Source of the DNA: an uncultured Chloroflexia bacterium
GTDB lineage: Bacteria > Chloroflexota > Limnocylindria > Limnocylindrales > CSP1-4
Length of the DNA stretch: 64,000 bases
Assembly: GCA_963849495.1 (NCBI GenBank)
Contig: CAWKHN010000022.1
Span: 37,576-101,575 of the forward strand
Direction of reading: 5' to 3'
Part shown: one piece after another, positions 52,805 through 61,375 of the stretch
How positions within the stretch are numbered: the first letter of the stretch is position 1
Layout of the letters: the number at the start of each line of letters is the position of its first letter
Position numbers and translations under genes: made by a program
The notes under the pieces: model-generated
What the model saw: the letters and a program-made list of their open reading frames with translations, nothing else
Told to the model about the DNA's origin: nothing
Databases searched by the model: none

Positions 52805-53993
52805 CGCCGCCGACGGCGCCCGGCGAGCCTCCGCGCCGGGCCTCGCGGATGATGAGTGGGGCCCTGCCCTCCTGGCGCTCGCCGATGCCTGGACCGGTGG
52901 CGCCGATCCCGAGGACCGCCTGACCTCGGCCGAGATCGCCGCCGCCGCGTTCCGGCGCGTCGGCGCCGCCGTGCTCGAGGCGTGGTCCCGCGGCCTGGCC
53001 GCAATCGCCCTTGCCCAGTCGGGCGCACCCGATGCCCGGGACGTCGCGCTCTCGGTCGAGAGCCTGGGACGCGCGACGGGTACGCCGGCGGCGCGGCTGC
53101 TGGCCTATGCGGCCCTCGCGGGCATGGGCGAGGAGCGGAGCGAGGAGTTCGCCGTCCTGGCCGCATCCGTCGCCACGGAGACGGGGCTGGAGGTGCCGCA
53201 ATCCATGGCCGTGCCGCCGGATGACGTCGCGACGCGCCCCGGGCCGGCGGGGTCACAGGGCATCGTCCGTCTTCACACGTTCGGAGGATTCATTTTCGAG
53301 CTGGATGGACGGCGCGTGCCGCTCGATGGAGCAAAGCCGCGGGTTCGAGCGCTCCTCCGTCTGCTTGCCGTCAGGGGCGGTGCCCCGGTCCACCGTGAGG
53401 TGATCCAGGACGCGCTGTGGCCCGAGGCCGACGCGGCCGCAGGTGCCCGCAGCCTGCACGTCGCCGTGTCGGCTCTCCGGCGGCTGCTCGACGACGTTGC
53501 GCAGCCGGTCGGCGGAGGGCTGGTGGCCCGGCAGGGGGATGCCTATCGGCTTGACCTGTCCCCGGACGACGTTGACACCGGGCGGTTCGAGCGCGCGATC
53601 GCCGATGGCCGTGCGGCCCGGGCACGCGGAGAGAGTGCGTCGGCCGCGTTCGAGTCCGCGCTGGAGCTCTACGCCGGCGAGCTGCTGCCCGAGGACGGAC
53701 CAGCGGACTGGGTGATCGACGATCGGGAGCGATACAGGAACGAGGCACTGGAGGCGGCTCAGGCGATCGCCGAGAAGGCGCTGCTCGACGGCGACTTCTC
53801 AGTTGCCGTCCGCGCATGCCGGTTCGGCATCGGGCTCGACCGCTACCAGGACAGCCTGTGGCGCGTGCTCATCGAGGCGCGAGATCGCGCCGGGGACGCA
53901 GGGGCCGCGGCTCGTGACCGCCGGGACTATGCGCAGGTGCTCGAGGGCCTCGGCGTCACGATCCCGGACCAGTCTCCCGTCAGCCCGAACTGA
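52632..53993 (+). CDS. SARP-type (OmpR-family winged helix + BTAD) domain protein; probable C-terminal continuation of the upstream STAND ATPase
   Basis: HTFGGFIFELDGRRVPLDGAKPRVRALLRLLAVRGGAPVHREVIQDALWPEADAAAGARSLHVAVSALRRLL matches a trans_reg_C winged helix. ALELYAGELLPED...WRVLIEA is BTAD-like. Confidence 0.6.
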   Translation: MRAQRHVSRLRWPACWPESPWTRGSVDRAVDEAERAGVPWLARLAREIGVRLGDEPDDAADGARRASAPGLADDEWGPALLALADAWTGGADPEDRLTSAEIAAAAFRRVGAAVLEAWSRGLAAIALAQSGAPDARDVALSVESLGRATGTPAARLLAYAALAGMGEERSEEFAVLAASVATETGLEVPQSMAVPPDDVATRPGPAGSQGIVRLHTFGGFIFELDGRRVPLDGAKPRVRALLRLLAVRGGAPVHREVIQDALWPEADAAAGARSLHVAVSALRRLLDDVAQPVGGGLVARQGDAYRLDLSPDDVDTGRFERAIADGRAARARGESASAAFESALELYAGELLPEDGPADWVIDDRERYRNEALEAAQAIAEKALLDGDFSVAVRACRFGIGLDRYQDSLWRVLIEARDRAGDAGAAARDRRDYAQVLEGLGVTIPDQSPVSPN

Positions 53994-54371
53994 GATCGGG
54001 GGACAGCTGCCAGGCTGTTGCCGTCACACGTCCGACGTCGGCGGCGGTCACGGGATCGGAGATCCTGCGCTCGTCACGCCCAGGCAACCGCCACGCGATC
54101 GAAGCTCCCGCGTTCGGGGGCGCTGCTCGTGATCGCCAGGTTTCCCGCTCACGCACCTCGAGTGTCTACCCGAGCCAACTCTGTGTCGCGACCTCGGACG
54201 TCGGCGGAACGACGTCGGCTGCCTGAGGACGGCAGCAACGGGGTCGGTCGAGGTGACAGACCGTAATGACGCCGAGCCTGTCGGGACCCACGATCGTCGT
54301 GCACTGCAATTACAGCCCTGTCCGGCTGCGTGGATTGGCGTGGCCCGCTCCAGCTTAGAGGGTGGCGGCGA

Positions 54372-55946
54372 ATGAAATCTGCACTGATTCGCCGCTTCCC
54401 ACCCGCCGCCACGCGGAAGGTGTTGCCCCTCGCCGCGCTGCTGGCCTTCGTCGTGGTCAGCACGTCCGTGCGAGCGGCAGAGCAGGTGAACCTCGGAACG
54501 GCCACAGGCTTCGCGGTTCTGGCCGGCACCACCATCACGAACAACAATTCGACCACGATCACCGGTGACATCGGCGTGAGCGGCCCCGCCACCACCTCGA
54601 TAACGGATAACGGCACCTTGACGCTGAACGGCACCAGCTACTACGGCGAAACCGTCGCTGACACTGCCCAGGCCGACCTGCACGCCGCGTACGACGCGAC
54701 TGCCGCGCTCCCATCGACGTCCTCAATCGGTGGAGCCCTCGGTCCTCTCCAGACGCTTGGCCCAGGCGTCTACTCTTCGGACGCCGCCTTCAACCTGACG
54801 GGCACCCTGACTCTCGACGGCGAGGGCAACTCGGACGCCGTGTTCATCCTCCGGACAGGGGCCGCGCTCACCACCGCGGCATCCAGCGTTGTCTCGCTCG
54901 AGAACGGCGCAGATGCCTGCAACGTCTTCTGGGTGGTCAACGACGCGGCAACCCTTGGCGCATCGACGGTCTTCAAGGGGACCATCATGGCGGGGGCGGC
55001 GATCACGCTGGGCGCCGGAGCGAGGATCGATGGTCGTGCGCTGTCTCTCAGCGCCGCAGTCACCATGGACGCGAACACAATTGACGTCGGCACATGTGGG
55101 GCCCCGACCGCGATGCCGAGCCTCAGGCTCGCCAAGCACGTCATCAACGACAACGGCGGCACCGCCGTCGCGGGCGACTGGACCCTCTCTGCCGGCGCCT
55201 TCTCGGTGACCGGCTCGGAGGCGGCCCAGGAGGTCACCGACCAGGCCGGCACCTACGCCCTCTCCGAGACGTCGGTCCCGGGCTACGCCACCACCTCGAT
55301 CACCTGTGACGACGCCCCCGGCGTCGGGGTCACCTCGGTGACGATCGGGCCCGGTGAGACCACGACCTGCACGTTCGTCAACGACGACACCGCACCCGAT
55401 GCGACGCCCACACCGGCCCCGACGCCGACCCCGACACCGACCCCGACACCGACGCCGACCCCGACGCCGACCCCGACACCGACCCCGACACCGACGCCGA
55501 CCCCGACGCCGACCCCGACGCCGACCCCGACGCCGACCCCGACCCCGACGCCCACGCCCATCCCGACACCCACGCCCATCCCGACCCCTACCCTGACACC
55601 GACCCCGACGCCGACCCCGACGCCGACCCCGACGCCCACGCCCATCCCGACCCCTACCCTGACACCGACCCCGACGCCGACCCCGACGCCGACCCCTACC
55701 CTGACCCCGACCCCCACCCTGACCCCGGATCCGACCGTGGGTCCGACCGTGGATCCGACCCCTACTGGGTCGATCGAGGCTGGGGACATCGCCCTACCGC
55801 CCACGGACGTGACCGGTCCAGGTCCAGGCCCGGCCGGGGGCCAAACGTGGATTTCGTTCCTGCTCTTCCTGGCCCTGGCCTCATCCGCCCTGCTTGTATC
55901 CGCCCTGATACCTGGGCTGCCGAAGCGGCGGCGCGGACGACGGTGA
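54372..55946 (+). CDS. secreted DUF3494 (ice-binding-like) protein with prealbumin-like domain, (PT)n linker and C-terminal hydrophobic anchor
   Basis: Signal peptide MKSALIRRF...[17 protein letters not shown]3494/IBP-like beta-solenoid segment [38 protein letters not shown]...[41 protein letters not shown]. Then DWTLSAG...TTCTFVND, ~100 aa of TPTPTP, and a C-terminal [32 protein letters not shown]. An alternative start lies at 54330. Confidence 0.6.
   Translation: MKSALIRRFPPAATRKVLPLAALLAFVVVSTSVRAAEQVNLGTATGFAVLAGTTITNNNSTTITGDIGVSGPATTSITDNGTLTLNGTSYYGETVADTAQADLHAAYDATAALPSTSSIGGALGPLQTLGPGVYSSDAAFNLTGTLTLDGEGNSDAVFILRTGAALTTAASSVVSLENGADACNVFWVVNDAATLGASTVFKGTIMAGAAITLGAGARIDGRALSLSAAVTMDANTIDVGTCGAPTAMPSLRLAKHVINDNGGTAVAGDWTLSAGAFSVTGSEAAQEVTDQAGTYALSETSVPGYATTSITCDDAPGVGVTSVTIGPGETTTCTFVNDDTAPDATPTPAPTPTPTPTPTPTPTPTPTPTPTPTPTPTPTPTPTPTPTPTPTPTPTPIPTPTPIPTPTLTPTPTPTPTPTPTPTPIPTPTLTPTPTPTPTPTPTLTPTPTLTPDPTVGPTVDPTPTGSIEAGDIALPPTDVTGPGPGPAGGQTWISFLLFLALASSALLVSALIPGLPKRRRGRR
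55405..55730 (+). repeat. coding hexanucleotide tandem repeat (ACNCCN)n encoding (TP)n linker
   Basis: ccgacaccgaccccgacgccgacc units repeated >50 times. This produces spurious ORFs in the other frames and strand (55283..55987-, 55354..55596+). Confidence 0.85.
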
Positions 55947-55996
55947 GAAGCGCCGCGAGGCGGCTGTCGCCGGCCAGATGGTGGCAACCGGCAAGC

Positions 55997-57469
55997 TCAG
56001 CCCTTGCTGAAGAACTCCAGCTCGGACAACACGACCGGGGTGCCGGTCGGCCCGTTGGTGTCGACGACCTTGATCTGCACCGAGTCGACCTTTGAGGCCG
56101 ACAGGTCGAACGTCTGCGAATCGTGGACGTCCTCGAGGTTCAGCGTCGTTGAGGTGCCGTCGGAGAACGTGAGCTGCAGCGTCGCCGGACGGCGCATGTC
56201 GACGAACGAGTTTTCCGAGCCCGAGTGCACGATCACGGCCCCCAGGTCCACGGGTGTCTTGAACGTGATCGTGAGCGACGGCGTGGCGCCGTTGGCCTCC
56301 CAGTCCGTGTTGGTGTAGGTGTCGAATGCGAGCCGGCCCTCGTGGCCCTTGATCTCCTCGGAGGCAGTGACGGTCACTGGTCGCACCGGCTCGAGCGTCG
56401 GCGAGACGATCTTGCGGATGTTGTCGATGACGCCCGGAACGCCGCCGCCGATGGCCTCGTCGATGTACTTGTGGAACGAGGGGACGCCGATGTAGCCGAA
56501 GATGCCGACCGCAACGACGAGCCCGAGCCCGATCTGGAGGAGGCTTCGCAGCCGCAGGATCGACCGGATGCCCGAACGGGCCCCGGCTTTCATCGAGCCC
56601 CCGCGCTCCCCGGCGGCGAATGCCTTGGGCGGCTTCCGCTTGCGTCGGAAGATCCGGCGCCACCAGGGGAGGGTCTTCTCCGACACGACGGCCGCCGCCA
56701 CAAGGCTTTCACCGCAGCGCCGGCAGAACCGGCGCGCGGGATCGTTCGGCTCGGCGCAGGTGCCGCAGATGCGGTCACCGGGCTGGGCCACACGGGCCTC
56801 GACACCGGCGACGGGCCTGGGTCGAGCGGGAGATGCCTCGGTCGGCATCCGCGCGGCCGGCTGTTGCGAGACCGGTTCGCTGGGCATGCGCGGCGCAGGT
56901 TCGACCGGAGGCGCGGCAGCCGGGCCGGGGCGGGCCGGTGGGATGGCGCCGGGGCGGACGGGCGCCGGCTGGAGCGGGGGGGCCGGCTGCGAGGGCGCCG
57001 GCTGGGGCGCCGGTCCGACGGCAGGCGGCGGGACGATCCCACCGGTGCCGGCTGCCCCGAAGGTCACTGACGCTGCACGCGACGGACCCCCGTGGCGGGC
57101 GACCGGCGCGGGAGCTGGTTCCGGCTCGGGCTCGGGCTCAGGTTCCGGCTCTCGGTCGGGTTCGGGCGTGGGTTCCGGCTCGGGCTCGGGCTCAGGTTCC
57201 GGCTCTGGTTCGGGTTCGGGCGTGGGTTCCGGCACCGGTTCGGGTTCCCGCATCGGTTCGGGTTCCGGCACCGGTTCGGGTTCGAGGACGGTCTGGGGCT
57301 GCGGCTCGGGCTCAGGTTCCGGCTCGGGCTCCGGTTCTGGCTCCGGTTCGGGAACGGGCTCCGGCTCCGGTTCGGGCTCCGGCGCACGCGTGGGTTCCAC
57401 CACCGGCTCCGGTTCGGGAACGGGCTCCGGCTCCGGTTCGGGCTCCGGCGCACGCGTGGGTTCCACCAC
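55997..57469 (-). CDS. membrane protein: (PE)n disordered region, zinc ribbon, single TM helix, C-terminal discoidin-like (F5/8 type C-like) ectodomain
   Basis: N-terminal EPEPEP repeats and a Pro-rich segment. [19 protein letters not shown] zinc ribbon. TM helix [20 protein letters not shown]. The C-terminal ~170 aa ([16 protein letters not shown]...[12 protein letters not shown]...[10 protein letters not shown]...) has the hallmarks of a discoidin/carbohydrate-binding domain. Probably fused with the ORF 57528..57995. Confidence 0.55.
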   Translation of the reverse strand: MVEPTRAPEPEPEPEPVPEPEPVVEPTRAPEPEPEPEPVPEPEPEPEPEPEPEPEPQPQTVLEPEPVPEPEPMREPEPVPEPTPEPEPEPEPEPEPEPEPTPEPDREPEPEPEPEPEPAPAPVARHGGPSRAASVTFGAAGTGGIVPPPAVGPAPQPAPSQPAPPLQPAPVRPGAIPPARPGPAAAPPVEPAPRMPSEPVSQQPAARMPTEASPARPRPVAGVEARVAQPGDRICGTCAEPNDPARRFCRRCGESLVAAAVVSEKTLPWWRRIFRRKRKPPKAFAAGERGGSMKAGARSGIRSILRLRSLLQIGLGLVVAVGIFGYIGVPSFHKYIDEAIGGGVPGVIDNIRKIVSPTLEPVRPVTVTASEEIKGHEGRLAFDTYTNTDWEANGATPSLTITFKTPVDLGAVIVHSGSENSFVDMRRPATLQLTFSDGTSTTLNLEDVHDSQTFDLSASKVDSVQIKVVDTNGPTGTPVVLSELEFFSKG

Positions 57470-57760
57470 CGGCTCCGGTTCGGGCTCGGGCTCAGGTTCC
57501 GGCTCTGGCTCGGGTTCGGGCGTGGGTTCACACCGGCTCCGGTTCGGGCTCGGGCTCAGGTTCCGGCTCAGGCTCAGGTTCCGGCTCAGGCTCAGGTTCC
57601 GGCTCAGGCTCAGGTTCCGGCTCAGGCTCAGGTTCCGGCTCAGGCGCGGGTTCGGGCTCCGGCTCGGGTTCGGGCTCCGGCTCCGGCTCAGGTTCGGGCT
57701 CCGGCTCAGGCTCAGGTTCCGGCTCAGGCGCGGGTTCGGGCTCCGGCTCCGGTTCTGGTT
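57115..57760 (-). repeat. coding hexanucleotide tandem repeat encoding (PE)n / (EP)n
   Basis: ggttccggctcgggctcaggttcc... units on the + strand (GSGS in + frames, PEPE on the minus frame) over ~650 bp. This spawns multiple spurious ORFs (57092..57985+, 56502..58031+, 57064..57531-). Confidence 0.85.
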
Positions 57761-57995
57761 CGATCACCACGACGCGGTCCGCGGGAGACCAGCCACCTCT
57801 CGACAGGCCGGTGGGGGTCGCGGGCGGTGCCGGTTTGGCGGGGGCCGTCGGCGTCGGGGCGTCCGTCCCGGGGGCCTCGGTGCCCTGGTCAGCCTCCTTC
57901 TGGCCGACCCATTCGAGGAACTGGCCGCAGTTCCCGCAGAACGCGTCCGTCGCCTCGTTCCGGTGGCCGCAGTTCCCGCAGATGATCACGCACAC
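57528..57995 (-). CDS. double zinc-ribbon N-terminal module followed by (PE)n repeats; probably the N-terminus of the 55997..57469 gene separated by a frameshift inside the repeat
   Basis: [29 protein letters not shown] is two CxxC pairs. The ORF ends inside the PE repeat. The next ORF starts 59 nt later in a different frame, with the same repeat and orientation. Confidence 0.5.
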   Translation of the reverse strand: MCVIICGNCGHRNEATDAFCGNCGQFLEWVGQKEADQGTEAPGTDAPTPTAPAKPAPPATPTGLSRGGWSPADRVVVIEPEPEPEPEPAPEPEPEPEPEPEPEPEPEPEPEPEPEPAPEPEPEPEPEPEPEPEPEPEPEPEPEPEPEPEPEPEPV

Positions 57996-58062
57996 ACTCC
58001 CCGAGGTCCTCGCCGGTGGGGCAGAGGATAGTCGGGCGCCGCCGCTCGCGGGAGCCCGCCCG

Positions 58063-58620
58063 TCACGCCTTCGCCGCCGTGCCCTTCACGATCTCGATCC
58101 GGTGCAGGACATGAGCCGGCTTGGCCGCCGCCACGAGCGCGTCGAGCCGCTGCGTGTCGACGGCCCGCGGGTCGGGCACCGTCACCCGGACCACGACCAG
58201 GGGCTCCGGCGAGCCGGGCAGCTCGCCTCCCGGGTCCACCGACCAGCCGGTCGCGCCATTCTCGACGATCTCGACGTGGCCGCCGGTCTGGATCTCCACC
58301 TGGCCCGCAAGACCAACCGCCGTGCCCCGCATCCGGTACAGCTCGACCGCACGGGCCACGATGGCTCGCCGCCGGTCCTCGTCCCAGCCCTCGTCCAGGG
58401 CGATCCCCACCCAGCCGGCCAGCCAGGACAGGAAGTCCTCTGGAGCCAGCCATGGGTCGAGGTAGGCGTCGAAGTTGTCCAGCGTGCTGAACACCGGTGC
58501 CAGCACCTCGTCGAGGCCCGACAGGAACCGCTGGGCGAAGTCGTCGTCCTGGTACAGCGCGGGCAGCGATGGTCCCAGCGGATGCGGTGACCGGAGCCCG
58601 GCGATGGTGCCGCGCATCAC
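58063..58620 (-). CDS. phage tail protein I-like baseplate protein (eCIS Afp12/Cis12-like, TIGR02242-type)
   Basis: [82 protein letters not shown] matches the P2 gpI / 'phage tail protein domain' family. ATGA overlap with the upstream baseplate J gene. Confidence 0.8.
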   Translation of the reverse strand: MMRGTIAGLRSPHPLGPSLPALYQDDDFAQRFLSGLDEVLAPVFSTLDNFDAYLDPWLAPEDFLSWLAGWVGIALDEGWDEDRRRAIVARAVELYRMRGTAVGLAGQVEIQTGGHVEIVENGATGWSVDPGGELPGSPEPLVVVRVTVPDPRAVDTQRLDALVAAAKPAHVLHRIEIVKGTAAKA

Positions 58621-60563
58621 GCCCCCTCGACCAGCACCTGGTGCTCGTAGCTGAAGACGAGCGCGTGCGTCTCGAGCTCGAGGCGCTGGGTCTGCTGGCC
58701 GCGCTGCCCGGTCACCGGGTCGGCCCCGAACAGGCGGGCGTCCTCCACCACCTCCGTGCCGCGCAGGGCCTGGAGAACCGAGTAGACCTCGCCCACGCTG
58801 ATCGGCCGGCCGAACGGCCAGCCGGTCCCGTCCGGGCCTCCGGTGATCGGGTGGAAGTACTCGTACAGGGCGGCGAGCGCCTCCTCCTGGAGCCGCGTCG
58901 GGTTGACGCGCGGCCTCGCCTTGAGCTTGGCCACGATCGTGATGCCGCGGTAGACGGGCGGCTCGACGATGGCGCGGGTTCCGATCACGCGGCTCTCGTC
59001 CAGCCGGTCGGTGATCTTCTGGAGGGCGTCCGGGCTGGGAACGAGCTGCTCGAACCGCAGGCGGCCCTGCTCGGCGATGGCGGACGGCACGATCAGCACC
59101 CGGACCGAGCCCGCGTCGGCACCGTCACCGGCGGCGACCGCGCGCACGCGGGCGACATCGGGAGCGGCGTCGCGGGCCAGCTGCTCGTAGTCCTCGGTGG
59201 TCACCGCGCGGCCACGGGCGCGCAGCCGGATCGGCCCCCGGATCTTGGCGTTCTCGATGTCCTCACCGTCCACGCCGCCCCGCGCCGGCCGCCGGTTCTC
59301 GACGCGCGACACGAACGGGATCGAAGACTTGAGGACGCTGATCGACCGCGGGGCCACGTTGCCGCGGCGGCCGCCACCGGTGCGGTACTCCCGAAGCCGG
59401 AGGTGGGCACCCTTGGCCGGCACCGCCCCGTAGCGCCGCAGCACGCCGTCGGCTTGCCGGACCGCCGGTCCGAGGCGCACCTCACCCGCCGACAGGTCGA
59501 GCACGAAGTGGTTGTCGTCCGGGCCGCTGCCCGCGAAGTCGGCGACGTGGGTCCACTCGTCCCAGCCCTCACCGCCGGTGACCTCGAGGACCGGCGTGCC
59601 GTCGCCGGGCACGACGGGGCCACGCTTGAGGGGGAAGCGCTGGCCGGACACGCCGTCGGAGATGCCGACCTCCTCCTCGTGGACGAGATCCGCGTTCACC
59701 GCGTCGACCGTGCCGCCGATCGTGATCGCGGTGAGGCCCGTGATGTTCGGGGACCCGCTGTACGCGGGCTGGCCCTCGGACAGCTCCGTGACGCGAGCCC
59801 GGAGCCAGCCGGCCCGCTGCTTCGAGATGAGCGATGCGACGTGGCCCTTCGGGACGTGGACCACGACGTCGCCGTCCCGGTTGAGGCCGCCGGTCGAGTC
59901 CGCGTCCAGCTCGCATGGCTCCCACTCGTCGCCCGTCCAGGCCTCCCAGGCAAGCGGCGGGTTCGTCGGGTCCACGCCGACCCCGTCGATGTCCGCCTTG
60001 AACCGGAGCCGGACGGCGTTCGACGGGACCGCCTCGGACAGCCCGATGTACAGCGCGTCGCCGGGTTGGGGAACCTGCTGGAAGCAGAACACCTCGGTGC
60101 CCTTCTCGAGGGCGCTGCCATGATCGCGAAGCGTCTTGCCGTCGATCATCGAGCCGATCCGTGCCAGCGAGCTCGGCACGATCGGCAGGTCCTCGATGGT
60201 CGCGAACGCGATCGCCTCGTCCGTGTCGGTGCGGATCGTGGCCACCTGGGTGCCGGCCGCGATCGTGACCACGTCCGGCTGAGGCCCCGAGAGCCAGAAC
60301 GTGACGGCGGTCCGCGCGGCGGTGGGCGGATAGAGGCTGACGCCGATCAGCTCCAGGAACTTCACGTAGTTGCGGTCCGGCACGCGGTTGAGGCGGTACA
60401 CCACCTGGTCGGTCATCCAGGCAAACAGCTCGATGAGCGTCACGCCCGGGTCGGAGACGTTGTGGTCGGTCCATTCCGGGCAGCGCTGCTGGACGAGCCG
60501 CTTGGCATCGTCCACGAGGTCCTGGAAGCGGCGGTCGTCGAGGTTGGGAACCGGCAGGGCCAT
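58617..60563 (-). CDS. baseplate J-like assembly protein (eCIS Afp11/Cis11-like)
   Basis: 648 aa. MALPVPNLDDRRFQDLVDDAKRLVQQRCPEWTDHNVSDPGVTLIELFAWMTDQVVYRLNRVPDRNYVKFLELIGV is the conserved N-terminus of the 'putative baseplate assembly protein' (gpJ/gp6-like) family. Overlaps the gp25 gene stop. Confidence 0.85.
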   Translation of the reverse strand: MALPVPNLDDRRFQDLVDDAKRLVQQRCPEWTDHNVSDPGVTLIELFAWMTDQVVYRLNRVPDRNYVKFLELIGVSLYPPTAARTAVTFWLSGPQPDVVTIAAGTQVATIRTDTDEAIAFATIEDLPIVPSSLARIGSMIDGKTLRDHGSALEKGTEVFCFQQVPQPGDALYIGLSEAVPSNAVRLRFKADIDGVGVDPTNPPLAWEAWTGDEWEPCELDADSTGGLNRDGDVVVHVPKGHVASLISKQRAGWLRARVTELSEGQPAYSGSPNITGLTAITIGGTVDAVNADLVHEEEVGISDGVSGQRFPLKRGPVVPGDGTPVLEVTGGEGWDEWTHVADFAGSGPDDNHFVLDLSAGEVRLGPAVRQADGVLRRYGAVPAKGAHLRLREYRTGGGRRGNVAPRSISVLKSSIPFVSRVENRRPARGGVDGEDIENAKIRGPIRLRARGRAVTTEDYEQLARDAAPDVARVRAVAAGDGADAGSVRVLIVPSAIAEQGRLRFEQLVPSPDALQKITDRLDESRVIGTRAIVEPPVYRGITIVAKLKARPRVNPTRLQEEALAALYEYFHPITGGPDGTGWPFGRPISVGEVYSVLQALRGTEVVEDARLFGADPVTGQRGQQTQRLELETHALVFSYEHQVLVEGA

Positions 60564-60565
60564 GA

Positions 60566-60964
60566 TCAGTCTCCTCCCGGGATCACGTAGAACGGGAACA
60601 CCAGGTTGCGGCGGTCGTTCGTCCGCCGGATCGCGTACCGGATGTCGATGTACATGACGGTGGGGTCCTTCGCGTCGAAGCTCACGACGACGTCCTCGAC
60701 CTCGATCCGGGGCTCCCAGCGGCGCAGCGCCGCCTTGACCTCTGCCGCGATCGCCGATGCCGTCGTCCCGTCGGCGGATGCGAAGACGTAGTCGTGGATC
60801 CGGCAGCCGAAGTCGGGACGCATCGGGCGCTCGCCCGGCGCGGTGCCGAGGATCAGGCGGATCGCCTCCTCGATCTCGCGCTCGCGCGAGACCAGCGCGA
60901 TGCCGCCGGTCGCGTCGGTTCGCAGCGGGAACGCCCAGCCGCGTCCGATGAACTCGTCGCTCAC
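60566..60964 (-). CDS. GPW/gp25 baseplate wedge protein (eCIS Afp9/Cis9-like)
   Basis: 132 aa. GRGWAFPLRTDATGGIALVSREREIEEAIRLILGTAPGERPMRPDFGCRIHDYVF...RWEPRIEV is a textbook gp25/GPW lysozyme-like fold signature. Confidence 0.88.
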   Translation of the reverse strand: MSDEFIGRGWAFPLRTDATGGIALVSREREIEEAIRLILGTAPGERPMRPDFGCRIHDYVFASADGTTASAIAAEVKAALRRWEPRIEVEDVVVSFDAKDPTVMYIDIRYAIRRTNDRRNLVFPFYVIPGGD

Positions 60965-60974
60965 GCCGGCCTCC

Positions 60975-61364
60975 TCACGCCACGCTCACGTCGGTGACCG
61001 TCGCCAGCGGCTGGCCCGGCACCTGGGCGCACATCGCGACCTGCGAGCTGGTGGTCGCGATCGGCTTGCCGCCGGCCGTCACCGTGGGGCTGCCGCTGAG
61101 CACCCTCCCCTGCTCGGTCGTCGGCACCATGAACGGGTCCGCCGGGTGGAGGCCCACGTGCGGCGGCGTGTTGAAACCGGACGAGCCCACGACGGCGACG
61201 GCCTTGCCGCCGATGGTCACCGTCGCCTCCAGGCCCTGGAGCAGCGGAGCGGAGAAGGGGAGCGGGGCGGGCGAGGGCTGCGGCGCCCCCGTTGCCGGGT
61301 TGGGCACCTGGTGGATCGTGCACTGGCCCTGGATCTTGTCGCCCATGACGAGGGGTTGTGCCAT
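60975..61364 (-). CDS. PAAR-like spike tip protein (eCIS Afp10/Cis10-like)
   Basis: Only the C-terminal 129 aa of track ORF 60975..62456 (from MAQPLVMGDKIQGQC). Gly/Val-rich beta-prism-like sequence with Cys/His (CTIHQV, HVGLHPADP, AMCAQ). Lies between vgrG and gp25, so the PAAR call rests on position and composition. ATG verified at 61362-61364. Confidence 0.65.
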   Translation of the reverse strand: MAQPLVMGDKIQGQCTIHQVPNPATGAPQPSPAPLPFSAPLLQGLEATVTIGGKAVAVVGSSGFNTPPHVGLHPADPFMVPTTEQGRVLSGSPTVTAGGKPIATTSSQVAMCAQVPGQPLATVTDVSVA

Positions 61365-61375
61365 CTCCTGCTCGT

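Noticed and set aside
55283-55987. CRISPR-like regularity of the PT- and PE-coding repeats (also 57115-57760)
   Set aside because: The period is 6 bp, with no spacers or longer repeat units, no cas genes, and the repeats are clearly in-frame coding linkers. They are not CRISPR arrays.
58497-60590. 697-aa plus-strand ORF overlapping the baseplate J gene
   Set aside because: Its translation is Arg/Asp/Gly-rich with no motifs. The minus-strand frame carries unmistakable baseplate-J and gpI signatures.
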